Shown here one piece after another: positions 35,380 to 44,307 of a DNA stretch of 62,483 nucleotides (the first letter of the stretch is position 1; the number at the start of each line of letters is the position of its first letter). A program made the position numbers and the translations under genes. The notes beneath the pieces were generated by a model that saw nothing but the letters and a program-made list of their open reading frames with translations, did not search any database and had not been told where the DNA came from. This stretch comes from an uncultured bacterium (lineage in GTDB: Bacteria; Nitrospirota; Thermodesulfovibrionia; Thermodesulfovibrionales; CALJEL01), in contig CALJEL010000044.1 in NCBI GenBank assembly GCA_938074335.1, positions 1 to 62,483 of the forward strand, read 5' to 3'.

Positions 35380-36435
35380 ATGGCAAGGCTTCTGTTCATA
35401 GAGATTAATAATAACTTTAATGTAATCCTCTCTGAAAAGAAAGGAAAGGTCTTTAAGATATTAAAGACCGTAGAGATCAATGGTGATGAGCCTTCAAGGA
35501 TAAGGGCTGAATTAAACTCAGGATTATCCTGGTTTAAGGCTCCACTCTGTTACATAAGCCTTCCAGTGAGGATGTTTGGATACAGGATAATAGAACTTCC
35601 CTTTAAAGAAGAAGATAAGATAAGGGATGTCCTTGCCTTTGAATTAAAAGAAAAGGTAATGCAGCCTGTTGAAGACCTCGTTTATGATTTTGTAATGCTT
35701 CCCTCAGATAATGATAAGACCCAGAAGATACTAACTGTTTATACAGGAAAGGATGAACTGAGTAGCCTTCTTAAAAGACTTTCAGAGGCTAATATAGAAC
35801 CTGATGTTATAGGCTCCATTTCTCTCAGAAACTTAATTGAAAAAGGCTTCAGGGCTGAAGACCTGCTGAATCCACCTCCTTATAAAGAGGATCTTTTAGA
35901 ACTTCTTCAAAAGGAGGCAGAAAGGCCTGTGATAAACCTCTTAAGAGGAGGCCTTGGCATGAGTATAGAAAGAGAGGCCCTCTTAAAAAGGTTAAGGATA
36001 ACAAATATACTTCTTCTTGGCATATCATTGATCCTTACCCTGTCCTTTGGTCTATCAATTAAGAGGAATTATTCAGAGGCATTAAAGCTGAGGACATGGA
36101 TTAATGATGAATACAGAAAAGAATTCCCTCAAGAAAAGATAAAGGATGAGATACTGCAGCTAAGATCCCACTTAAAGGAGGTAAAGGATAAAAAGGATAT
36201 ACTTCTGGGAATACCTGCGGTTGATACACTTAAAAAGATCAAACCTGGTGACACTATAAATATTGAATCAGTTGATATGGACGTCAAGGGCATCACCCTT
36301 AAAGGAGAAGCCAGAGACCTTGGAGGCATTGAATCATACAGGGAAAAACTGAAGGAAACTCTTAAGAATCCCACCATTATAGAGAGCGGACAGTTTTCAG
36401 GCAAGATAAGATTCACCCTAAAGGCAGAAAGATGA
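35380..36435 (+). CDS. GspL/PilM-like bitopic assembly-platform protein
   Basis: A cytoplasmic ~200-aa domain, a single TM (ITNILLLGISLILTLSFGL) and a periplasmic C-terminal domain. Its position after gspK fits GspL. Confidence 0.5.
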   Translation: MARLLFIEINNNFNVILSEKKGKVFKILKTVEINGDEPSRIRAELNSGLSWFKAPLCYISLPVRMFGYRIIELPFKEEDKIRDVLAFELKEKVMQPVEDLVYDFVMLPSDNDKTQKILTVYTGKDELSSLLKRLSEANIEPDVIGSISLRNLIEKGFRAEDLLNPPPYKEDLLELLQKEAERPVINLLRGGLGMSIEREALLKRLRITNILLLGISLILTLSFGLSIKRNYSEALKLRTWINDEYRKEFPQEKIKDEILQLRSHLKEVKDKKDILLGIPAVDTLKKIKPGDTINIESVDMDVKGITLKGEARDLGGIESYREKLKETLKNPTIIESGQFSGKIRFTLKAER

Positions 36436-36932
36436 TAAAGATCTTCTATAAGACCCTGATACTCACCGCAGTTGTTCTAACAGTGTTAATAGCAGGCCTT
36501 TTCACAAAGGCAGCTTCAGAAAGGGAACTGGAGCATCAGAAAAAAAGGCTCAGGGAATTCCAGGGTCTCATACAGGAATACAGGGGGATTAAAGAAGAGC
36601 TATCAAAAACAACTGCCTTCACCACCAATCAGGCAAGGAAAAATAAAGCCCTCATGGATGAACTTAATTCTGTGCTTAACACAACAGGTCTTAAGGAAAA
36701 GATCAGGGCCTTAAAACAGACTCCTGTTAAAAAGGAAACTCCCTTTGGTGATGTTGAAGAGGCAGAGCTTATTATGGAAAGGCTTACCATGAATGAGATC
36801 GCAAATCTCTTCTATCAGATAGACCAGAGGCATTCCATCACGATCAGCAGATTATCTATTAAAAGGGCCTTTGATGCACCTGAACTGCTGAATCTTACAA
36901 TGATGCTCTCTTCGCTCAAAGAAAAAAGATGA
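36432..36932 (+). CDS. GspM-like bitopic protein
   Basis: 166 aa with an N-terminal TM (LILTAVVLTVLIAGLF). 4-nt overlaps on both sides. Assigned by size, topology and position only. Confidence 0.45.
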   Translation: MIKIFYKTLILTAVVLTVLIAGLFTKAASERELEHQKKRLREFQGLIQEYRGIKEELSKTTAFTTNQARKNKALMDELNSVLNTTGLKEKIRALKQTPVKKETPFGDVEEAELIMERLTMNEIANLFYQIDQRHSITISRLSIKRAFDAPELLNLTMMLSSLKEKR

Positions 36933-37684
36933 ATATCCATCTTAGATGGCTGAAATATCTGGCCCTGAGTCCAGTTTTTCTGATTCTAATTATAGAAGGC
37001 CTCTGGCTTATTGCCATACCTGAAGGTCTTATAAAAGAAAAAATCCTTTCTCATATCCCTGCTGGATTTGATATTGAAATAAAGGGAATCAGGAAAGGTC
37101 TTTTTCCTTCTTTATATATACAGGACCTTTCTCTCAGGACAAAGGATTCAGGGATTGCCATCAATGAGATCAGGGCATCCATTCACTTTCCTTCTTTATT
37201 AAAAGGAAGGCTCATGATAGCTGTAAAGGATGGAGGGATTAATGGACTCATTGGTTTATCAGGGAATATAGCTGTAAAGGTGAGGGGCTACAGTTTATCT
37301 CAGGTCAAAAATCCTGTTTTAAAAGGTGATGGTGTTATTCACATGGAATCAGAAATAGTAAAAGGAAAAGGAAAGATGGATTTTTCACTAACTGATGCAA
37401 GGCTTGAGCCCTTTAATGACAATGGAATATATATCCCTTTAAATCTTATTGACACAATAAAGGGCAGACTTGATATTGATGGAGGAGATATTATCATTCA
37501 GTCTATAACCCTTTCTGGCAAGGACATCTATGGAAGGGTTAAAGGTAAGATAAGGGATAACAGGGCTGAGCTTGTCATTGAGCTCATGCCAGAAAAGGAG
37601 TTAAATAATACACTTATGATCTTGATGCCCCACTCCATGGTATCTCCTGGATATTTCAGGATAGAGGTCAAAAGACAATTATGA
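36929..37684 (+). CDS. GspN-like protein
   Basis: 251 aa with an N-terminal TM (LALSPVFLILIIEGLWLIAI) and a beta-rich remainder. It is the last gene of the pseudopilin operon. Assigned by position and size. Confidence 0.4.
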   Translation: MNIHLRWLKYLALSPVFLILIIEGLWLIAIPEGLIKEKILSHIPAGFDIEIKGIRKGLFPSLYIQDLSLRTKDSGIAINEIRASIHFPSLLKGRLMIAVKDGGINGLIGLSGNIAVKVRGYSLSQVKNPVLKGDGVIHMESEIVKGKGKMDFSLTDARLEPFNDNGIYIPLNLIDTIKGRLDIDGGDIIIQSITLSGKDIYGRVKGKIRDNRAELVIELMPEKELNNTLMILMPHSMVSPGYFRIEVKRQL

Positions 37685-38985
37685 AAAAACCTCTTATTGC
37701 CATAGTTGGAAGACCAAATGCTGGTAAATCCACCCTTTTTAATCGCCTCATCAGGCAGAAAAGGGCGATAACAGAAAAGACACCTGGTGTAACCCGTGAC
37801 AGGATAGAAGCAGAGGCAGAATGGGAAGGAAAGAGGTTCATTCTTGTGGATACAGGAGGCTTCACAGATATTAAAGACACCATAATGACGCAGGTGAGAA
37901 AACAGGCACTCTATGCAATTGAGGAGGCAGAGCTGGTGATACATCTTCTGGATGCAAAGATTGGTGTAACCCCTGAGGATATGGAGCTCATGAGACTACT
38001 TAAAGAAAAAAACAAAAAGGTGATATTTGCAGTAAACAAGATAGATACACCATCAAAAAGGGATTTAATATACGAATTCTATAAACTTGGTGACGAGCCT
38101 GTGCCTGTCTCAGCCCAGACAGGCTATGGAATTGAAGAGCTTATGGAAAAGGTCCTCTCACTTATTCCGCAGAAAGAAAAGGAAGAGACTCGGGGTCTTC
38201 CGAAGATTGCCATAGTGGGCAGGCCGAACACAGGAAAATCTACCCTCGTAAATACACTGCTTGGGAAGGAGAGGATGATAGTGAGTCCCATTCCTGGCAC
38301 CACAAGGGATTCTGTTGATTCAATCTGCAGATATTATGGCAGGCAATATCTGCTCATTGATACCGCTGGCATAAGGAGAAAGGCAAGGATTGAGGATAAT
38401 ATTGAATATTATTCTATCACAAGGGCAATGAAGAGCATAGAAAGGGCTGACCTGGTAATCCTCCTGATAGATGCAGTGGAGGGGATTACTGATCAGGACC
38501 AGAAGATAGCAGGACTGATAAGAGAAAATAATAAATCTGCAATTGTGTGCTTTAACAAATGGGATAAGATTGAAGAACCTGATAAAAGACTGAAATATCT
38601 TCTTTCCGAATTTCAGAGAAAATTACCCCATCTGAGTTATGCACCTGTACTTACCATTTCAGGACTTGAGAAAAGGAGGGTTACGAAAATATTTCCCCTT
38701 ATTGATGAGATACTTTCTGAAAGAAAAAAGAGGATCACTACAGGAGAATTAAATAGAATTTTAAAAAAGATAAAGGAAGAGCTCATGATACCAGCCTATC
38801 ATGGTAAGGAGATAAAGATCTATTATCTCACACAGGCAGAGACAGAACCACCTGGTTTTGTCCTTTTTGTGAATCTTCCTCAGGCAATAAAAGACCATCA
38901 TAAAAAATACATAGAGAATCTCCTGAGGGAAAGATTCGGTTTCAAGGGAAGTCCATTGAGGATTTACATAAGGGAGAGCAAATAA
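37681..38985 (+). CDS. der: Ribosome-associated GTPase Der (EngA), double G-domain
   Basis: Two G1 loops (GRPNAGKST and GRPNTGKST), two DTGG/DTAG motifs, NKID/NKWD motifs, and a KH-like C-terminus. Confidence 0.95.
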   Translation: MKKPLIAIVGRPNAGKSTLFNRLIRQKRAITEKTPGVTRDRIEAEAEWEGKRFILVDTGGFTDIKDTIMTQVRKQALYAIEEAELVIHLLDAKIGVTPEDMELMRLLKEKNKKVIFAVNKIDTPSKRDLIYEFYKLGDEPVPVSAQTGYGIEELMEKVLSLIPQKEKEETRGLPKIAIVGRPNTGKSTLVNTLLGKERMIVSPIPGTTRDSVDSICRYYGRQYLLIDTAGIRRKARIEDNIEYYSITRAMKSIERADLVILLIDAVEGITDQDQKIAGLIRENNKSAIVCFNKWDKIEEPDKRLKYLLSEFQRKLPHLSYAPVLTISGLEKRRVTKIFPLIDEILSERKKRITTGELNRILKKIKEELMIPAYHGKEIKIYYLTQAETEPPGFVLFVNLPQAIKDHHKKYIENLLRERFGFKGSPLRIYIRESK

Positions 38986-38987
38986 AA

Positions 38988-39842
38988 ATGCAGGCCTTCA
39001 CAGTTAAAACACCCTCCTCACTTCAGGAATATCTCCTGAAACAGGGTTTCAAGAGAAACCGGATAAGACAGCTCCTTAAATATGGTTCCCTTTATGTAAA
39101 TGGAAAGGTTGTAAAGAGATATGACCATCCCTTAGTGACAGGAGACAGGCTATCCATTGAGATTAAAAAAGAGGCATCAAAAGAGATCCTTCGGAGATTT
39201 AGAATAAAGCTCCTTTATGAAGATGACCACATTATTGTGATTGATAAACCTCCTGGACTTTTAAGCATTGCCACCGAGACAGAAAGGCAAAGAACTGCCT
39301 ACTATATAATCAATGAATATCTTAAACAAAAAAACGAAAGAGTCTTCATTGTCCACAGGCTTGACAGGGATACCTCTGGAGTCATGGTTTTTGCAAAGAC
39401 AGAAGAGGCAAAAAGAAGACTTCAGTCCAGCTGGCATAATGTAGAAAAAATATACCTCTGTCTTGTAGAGGGAAGGCCTGAGAAAAAAGAAGGTATCATA
39501 ACAGGGTATCTTAAAGAGACAGAAACCTTTCTTGTTCATCCTGCAAAAGGCAGTGTTAATGCAAAATATGCTGTAACAGAATACCGTGTCTTAAAGGAAG
39601 GCAAAGATTATACGCTCCTTGAGGTAAGAATCGTTACAGGTAGAAAGAACCAGATACGAGCGCATCTCTCAGGTATAGGTCATCCAGTGGCTGGTGATAA
39701 AAAATATGGTGCAAAAACAGATCCCTTTAAAAGACTATGCCTTCACGCCTCAAACCTATCTTTCAGACATCCTGTAACAGGAAGGATAATGAGATTTAAT
39801 AGTAAGATACCTGAATGGGGAAAGGACTTTCAGATCATTTAA
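38988..39842 (+). CDS. RluA-family pseudouridine synthase with an S4-like N-domain
   Basis: HRLDRDTSGVMVFAK is the catalytic Asp motif. Also GRKNQIRAH. The N-terminal S4-like segment is LQEYLLKQGFKRNRIRQLLKYGSLYVNGK. Confidence 0.88.
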   Translation: MQAFTVKTPSSLQEYLLKQGFKRNRIRQLLKYGSLYVNGKVVKRYDHPLVTGDRLSIEIKKEASKEILRRFRIKLLYEDDHIIVIDKPPGLLSIATETERQRTAYYIINEYLKQKNERVFIVHRLDRDTSGVMVFAKTEEAKRRLQSSWHNVEKIYLCLVEGRPEKKEGIITGYLKETETFLVHPAKGSVNAKYAVTEYRVLKEGKDYTLLEVRIVTGRKNQIRAHLSGIGHPVAGDKKYGAKTDPFKRLCLHASNLSFRHPVTGRIMRFNSKIPEWGKDFQII

Positions 39843-39868
39843 AAACACTTCCAGAAAATTTCAGTATT

Positions 39869-40579
39869 TCAAGGTAATAAAATATTCCCGAAAATTAGAT
39901 CAAACCCCTCAATTTTAAAACCAAGGCTGGAATAAAAATTCATAGCATTAATATTTTTTAATTGAGTACGTACCTTCACAGATGTAACGCCCTCATGGTG
40001 GAACCAGTCCAGTGCCTTTTCCATTAAAGCCCTCCCTATACCTTTTCGCTGCCACTGTTCCAGTACCCCGATTAGAATAATTTTACCTATTTTATTTTGC
40101 TTTTTGCAGGTAATGTAACCCTTTTTAGGGTAATAAAAAACAATATCGGCTGCATCGCCCACAATTGAGTTCTCTATCCATACTTCAAATAATCTTTCAG
40201 CATCATGCCTGTTGAAAAAAGGATCGCTGTAGAATCGACTATCTTTGAAAAGTAAAGAACTTATCTGTTTTAATTCATAAATATGTGATGGTTCAGCTTT
40301 GATGATATGATTCTTGATCTTCGTGCCAGGACGGGCAATAAATTTCTTTACATCAATCTTCCACGTTACACCTATATCTGTAAGATAGAAACCATTGGAG
40401 GTTAAAAGTTTAATTAAAGAGGTATCCTGTTTTTCAAATCGACACAGGAGATAATGAAATCCATCAGCTTTCGCCTTATTTAAAAGATCCTTTACATTAG
40501 AAAAGGCCATATCTGATAGAATAACTTCACCTATTTTTTTCCCAAAAAAATTACTATCCCAGCTAAGTTCTTTTATCAT
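39869..40579 (-). CDS. GNAT acetyltransferase, WecD/RffC-like (dTDP-4-amino-4,6-dideoxyhexose N-acetyltransferase)
   Basis: The N-terminal LSWDSNFFGKKIGE matches the WecD start motif. The C-terminal GNAT core is QRKGIGRALMEKAL. Confidence 0.65.
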   Translation of the reverse strand: MIKELSWDSNFFGKKIGEVILSDMAFSNVKDLLNKAKADGFHYLLCRFEKQDTSLIKLLTSNGFYLTDIGVTWKIDVKKFIARPGTKIKNHIIKAEPSHIYELKQISSLLFKDSRFYSDPFFNRHDAERLFEVWIENSIVGDAADIVFYYPKKGYITCKKQNKIGKIILIGVLEQWQRKGIGRALMEKALDWFHHEGVTSVKVRTQLKNINAMNFYSSLGFKIEGFDLIFGNILLP

Positions 40580-41519
40580 TTTCTAAAAGAAATTCCTTAA
40601 CAATATATAGAGGACGTCTTTGGACTTCCTGATATGTTCGTCCAAGATATTCTCCGAATATGCCAAGCACAAGAAGCTGAATACCACCCACAAAAAAAAT
40701 AGAAACAATTATTGAAGCATAACCGAGAATCGGTATGTTAAAGAAAATTTTTTTATAAATAAAATATAACCCTGCAAGAAAACTAACAATAGAACTTATC
40801 AAACCCATATAAGTTGCTAACCTTAAAGGTACAATAGAAAAAGAAGTTACAGCATGAAAGGCAAGTTTAAAAAGTCTGGGTATATTATATTTACTTCGTC
40901 CCTTATATCTTGGATTATGTTGAACATCCATAGTTGTTGCATTAAAGCCCGTCCATGCTATCATTCCGTGAATAAATCTTGCATATTCTCTCATTTCCCT
41001 GAGCACAGTCACAACTCTTCTACTTAAAACCCTTAACATTGTCTGCCCTGCCGGCATATCCACTCCTGAAAACCTCCCTAAGAACCACCAGAAAATAGCT
41101 GATGTCAATCTTTTCAAGAAAGGATCTCGTCTAACTTTTCTAATTCCATATACAATATCATACCCTTCTTTAAATTTCTGATAAAGCCTCGGTATTTCTT
41201 CTGGTGAATCCTGAAGATCTGCATCCATCATAATTATGATTGAACCATTTACATGGTCAAGTCCAGCTGTAATAGCCATATGGTGTCCAAAATTCCGCGA
41301 AAAACTTATTCCCTTAATTCTTGGGTCTTTATGGTGGAGTTCCTTTATAAGTTCCCAGCTCCTGTCTCTGCTTCCGTCATCAACCATTATTATTTCATAA
41401 GTGCCAAGTGTTTCCATTACAGCAGTAAGCCTTTTATAAAGCTCAGGGATATTTTCCTCTTCGTTGTAAACAGGAATTACTATTGAAAAATCAGGAGGCG
41501 TTGATGTTTTATTTTCCAT
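40563..41519 (-). CDS. Family 2 glycosyltransferase, polyprenyl-phosphate sugar transferase type (ArnC/GtrB/DPM1-like)
   Basis: FSIVIPVYNEEENI...IIMVDDGSRD...MDADLQD, plus two C-terminal TM helices. Confidence 0.85.
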   Translation of the reverse strand: MENKTSTPPDFSIVIPVYNEEENIPELYKRLTAVMETLGTYEIIMVDDGSRDRSWELIKELHHKDPRIKGISFSRNFGHHMAITAGLDHVNGSIIIMMDADLQDSPEEIPRLYQKFKEGYDIVYGIRKVRRDPFLKRLTSAIFWWFLGRFSGVDMPAGQTMLRVLSRRVVTVLREMREYARFIHGMIAWTGFNATTMDVQHNPRYKGRSKYNIPRLFKLAFHAVTSFSIVPLRLATYMGLISSIVSFLAGLYFIYKKIFFNIPILGYASIIVSIFFVGGIQLLVLGIFGEYLGRTYQEVQRRPLYIVKEFLLENDKRT

Positions 41520-42676
41520 ACTATATATTATATAATATTTTTGTGCATGGAATTGAATTTTTCAAGCATAACATTGAACACAGCGATATTGAAAGGGTTA
41601 ATGAAGTCCTTAGATCAATATTCCTTACCACAGGGGAAAAAGTAAGGGAGTTTGAAGAAAAATTCTCTACCTATCTTGGCTCACGATACACAATCGGTGT
41701 TACAAGCTGTACAGCTGCCTTGCATTTAAGCCTTATTGCTGCTGGTACAGGTCCTGGTGATGAGGTAATTACCACACCTATGAGCTTCTGCGCGACGGCA
41801 AACTCGATACTCCATGCAGGTGCAAGGCCTGTTTTTGTGGATGTGGAAGAAGACACGGGCAATATAAATGCAGAACTTATAGAAAAGGTAATCACTGAAA
41901 AAACAAAGGCAATAATACCTGTTCATCTCTATGGTCAGATGTGTGACATGAAAAGGATTAAAGAAATAGCTGATAGATATAATCTAAAGGTCATAGAGGA
42001 TGCAGCCCATGCCATTGAAGCAGAAAGGGATGAAATCAAACCAGGTCAGCTATCCTTTTCTGCCTGCTTCAGCTTCTATGCTACAAAAAATATAACCTCT
42101 GGTGAAGGTGGGGCAATAACAACAAATGATAAAGAGATAGCTGAATTGCTTAGAATGCTCAGATTGCACGGAATTGATAAATCAGCAATTGATAGATATA
42201 CAAAAAGATATCAGCACTATGATATGCCAGTACTTGGTTGGAAGTATAATATGGACAATATACAGGCAGCGCTCCTCATAGGTCAGCTTGAAAGGATTGA
42301 TGAACTATGGAAGAGGAGAGATAATCTCTGGAGACTCTATGAAGATGAGCTGGAAGGTATTAAAGGTATAAAACTCCCAAAAACTGTTCCCAATTCAAGG
42401 CATGCAAGGCATCTCTTTACTGTGCTTGTCCCATCAGGGAAAAGGGATGAGATATTATGGAGGCTTCAAGAAGCAGGTATTGGTGTTGCTGTAAATTACA
42501 GGCCAATACATCTCATGTCATTTTATAGAAAGACCTTTGGTTATAAAGAGGGTGATTTCCCTGTGGCAGAGGATATTGGTTCAAGGACTATCTCTCTTCC
42601 CCTCTACCCCTTATTAAAAGAAGAGGGATTGAAAATAGTGTGTACTACACTGAAAAGAATTATGGAGGAGATATGA
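41483..42676 (+). CDS. DegT/DnrJ/EryC1/StrS-family PLP aminotransferase (WecE/ArnB-like)
   Basis: FLTTGEKVREFEEKF, CTAALHLSL, AIIPVHLYGQ, and FSFYATKNITSGEGG (the PLP lysine). The listed start overlaps the divergent gene. An in-frame GTG at 41543 is a likelier start. Confidence 0.88.
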   Translation: MKNQEALMFYFPYYILYNIFVHGIEFFKHNIEHSDIERVNEVLRSIFLTTGEKVREFEEKFSTYLGSRYTIGVTSCTAALHLSLIAAGTGPGDEVITTPMSFCATANSILHAGARPVFVDVEEDTGNINAELIEKVITEKTKAIIPVHLYGQMCDMKRIKEIADRYNLKVIEDAAHAIEAERDEIKPGQLSFSACFSFYATKNITSGEGGAITTNDKEIAELLRMLRLHGIDKSAIDRYTKRYQHYDMPVLGWKYNMDNIQAALLIGQLERIDELWKRRDNLWRLYEDELEGIKGIKLPKTVPNSRHARHLFTVLVPSGKRDEILWRLQEAGIGVAVNYRPIHLMSFYRKTFGYKEGDFPVAEDIGSRTISLPLYPLLKEEGLKIVCTTLKRIMEEI

Positions 42677-43701
42677 AGACTATTCTTGTAACAGGCGGGG
42701 CAGGTTTCATCGGAAGCAATTTTGTTGAATATATCTTTAATAAACATCCTGACTGGAGAATCCTTGTTGTTGATGCCCTCACCTATGCTGGTGATATTGA
42801 GAACATACCTGAGTACATCAGAAATTCTGAAAGGTTTGAGTTCTGGTATGGTGATATAAATAACCTTGACCTCATGAGCGACCTTGTGAGTCGTTCAGAT
42901 ATGGTGGTGCACCTTGCAGCAGAGACCCATGTGGCAAGGTCTCTTTATTCTCAAAGGGAATTCTTTGTTACTGATGTTCTCGGAACACAGTCAGTTGTAA
43001 ATGCTGTCCTTAAACATCTGGACAGGATAAAGAGATTTGTTCATATCTCCACCTCAGAGGTCTATGGCACAGCAATAAGAGAACCAATGGATGAAGAACA
43101 CCCATTGAATCCAACAACACCCTATGCTGCAGCAAAGGCAGGTGCTGACAGGCTTGTCTATTCCTATATAGTCTCCTTTGATATACCAGGTGTTATTATA
43201 AGGCCCTTTAATAACTATGGTCCAAGACAGCACCTTGAAAAGGCTATCCCACGATTTATTACAAGCTGTATACTTGGAGAACCCCTCACAATACATGGAG
43301 ATGGCTCAGCACGAAGAGACTGGATATTCGCAGAAGACACTGCAAGGGCAATTGACCTGGTACTGTCTGCACCTCTTGAGAAGGTCAAGGGAGAGGTCTT
43401 TAATATAGGTACAGGAAGAAGTATCTCTGTCCTTGAGATTGCAAAGCTTATAGTTCAGAATTTTAACAAAGGCTCTGACTGCATGACATATATACCTGAC
43501 AGGCATGGTCAGGTTCAGAATCATATTTCCTCCACTGAAAAGGCTGAAAGGCTTTTAGGTTTCAAGGCTTCTATCAATGTAGAGGAAGGGATAAAAAAAA
43601 CCATTGAATGGTATCTTAAAAATCCAAAACTATGGGAAAAGCAGATACCCCTAAGAAAGGTGCCCCTCAGGATGAGAGACGGAAGCATAGTCTGGTATTA
43701 A
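42673..43701 (+). CDS. rfbB: dTDP-glucose 4,6-dehydratase
   Basis: GGAGG lies upstream of the ATG at 42673, giving MKTILVTGGAGFIGSNF. Also STSEVYG and the YAAAKAG catalytic YxxxK. The ORF track start at 42640 is probably too long. Confidence 0.88.
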   Translation: MKTILVTGGAGFIGSNFVEYIFNKHPDWRILVVDALTYAGDIENIPEYIRNSERFEFWYGDINNLDLMSDLVSRSDMVVHLAAETHVARSLYSQREFFVTDVLGTQSVVNAVLKHLDRIKRFVHISTSEVYGTAIREPMDEEHPLNPTTPYAAAKAGADRLVYSYIVSFDIPGVIIRPFNNYGPRQHLEKAIPRFITSCILGEPLTIHGDGSARRDWIFAEDTARAIDLVLSAPLEKVKGEVFNIGTGRSISVLEIAKLIVQNFNKGSDCMTYIPDRHGQVQNHISSTEKAERLLGFKASINVEEGIKKTIEWYLKNPKLWEKQIPLRKVPLRMRDGSIVWY

Positions 43702-44112
43702 ACTTAGAAATAAAACAACCCTAACTCACAGAACCTGATATTTGAGCCATTTAAAAATCTCCTCTATCTTATGGTGCTATATCTTATGGTGCTATGATAT
43801 AAATATATTAAAGCTATCAGAAAACTTTTTGAATCTTCAATCCTTATAAAGGTTTATAAAAGATTAAGTCTTAAAAAAAATTTTTGTAAAGATATTGAGC
43901 ACAAAAGGTGTTTAGATTACTATCTTTGATTTTGGGTTTGTTTGTTCCTTAACCTATGAGGTGATAGAAAAAAGTTTTTTGAAAATAAAGGGTTAAAAGC
44001 ATCTTGAATCTCAGCTTTGGAATGAAAAGCTTGAGAACATGATTGATAACAGCCGCAGAAATCTGGTATTGTATTTTTCATAAAAAATGGATTTCAAAAA
44101 AGGAGGCTCTTT

Positions 44113-44307
44113 ATGCCCGAGTTCGAACTAAAGATTGATGGTATGAGCTGTCAGCACTGTGTTATGAGGGTTAAAAAGGCACTTGAGTCTGTAAAGGGTG
44201 TAAGATCTGCAGAGGTGGAGATAGGAAGGGCAATTGTGAGCTGTGATTGTAAAAAAGAAGAACTTATAGAGGCTATCGCAAGGGCTGGTTACAAAGTAAT
44301 AAATTAA
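44113..44307 (+). CDS. copZ: Heavy-metal-associated (HMA) domain copper chaperone, CopZ-like
   Basis: 64 aa with GMSCQHCVMRVKKALE (the MxCxxC motif). AGGAGG lies upstream. Confidence 0.85.
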   Translation: MPEFELKIDGMSCQHCVMRVKKALESVKGVRSAEVEIGRAIVSCDCKKEELIEAIARAGYKVIN

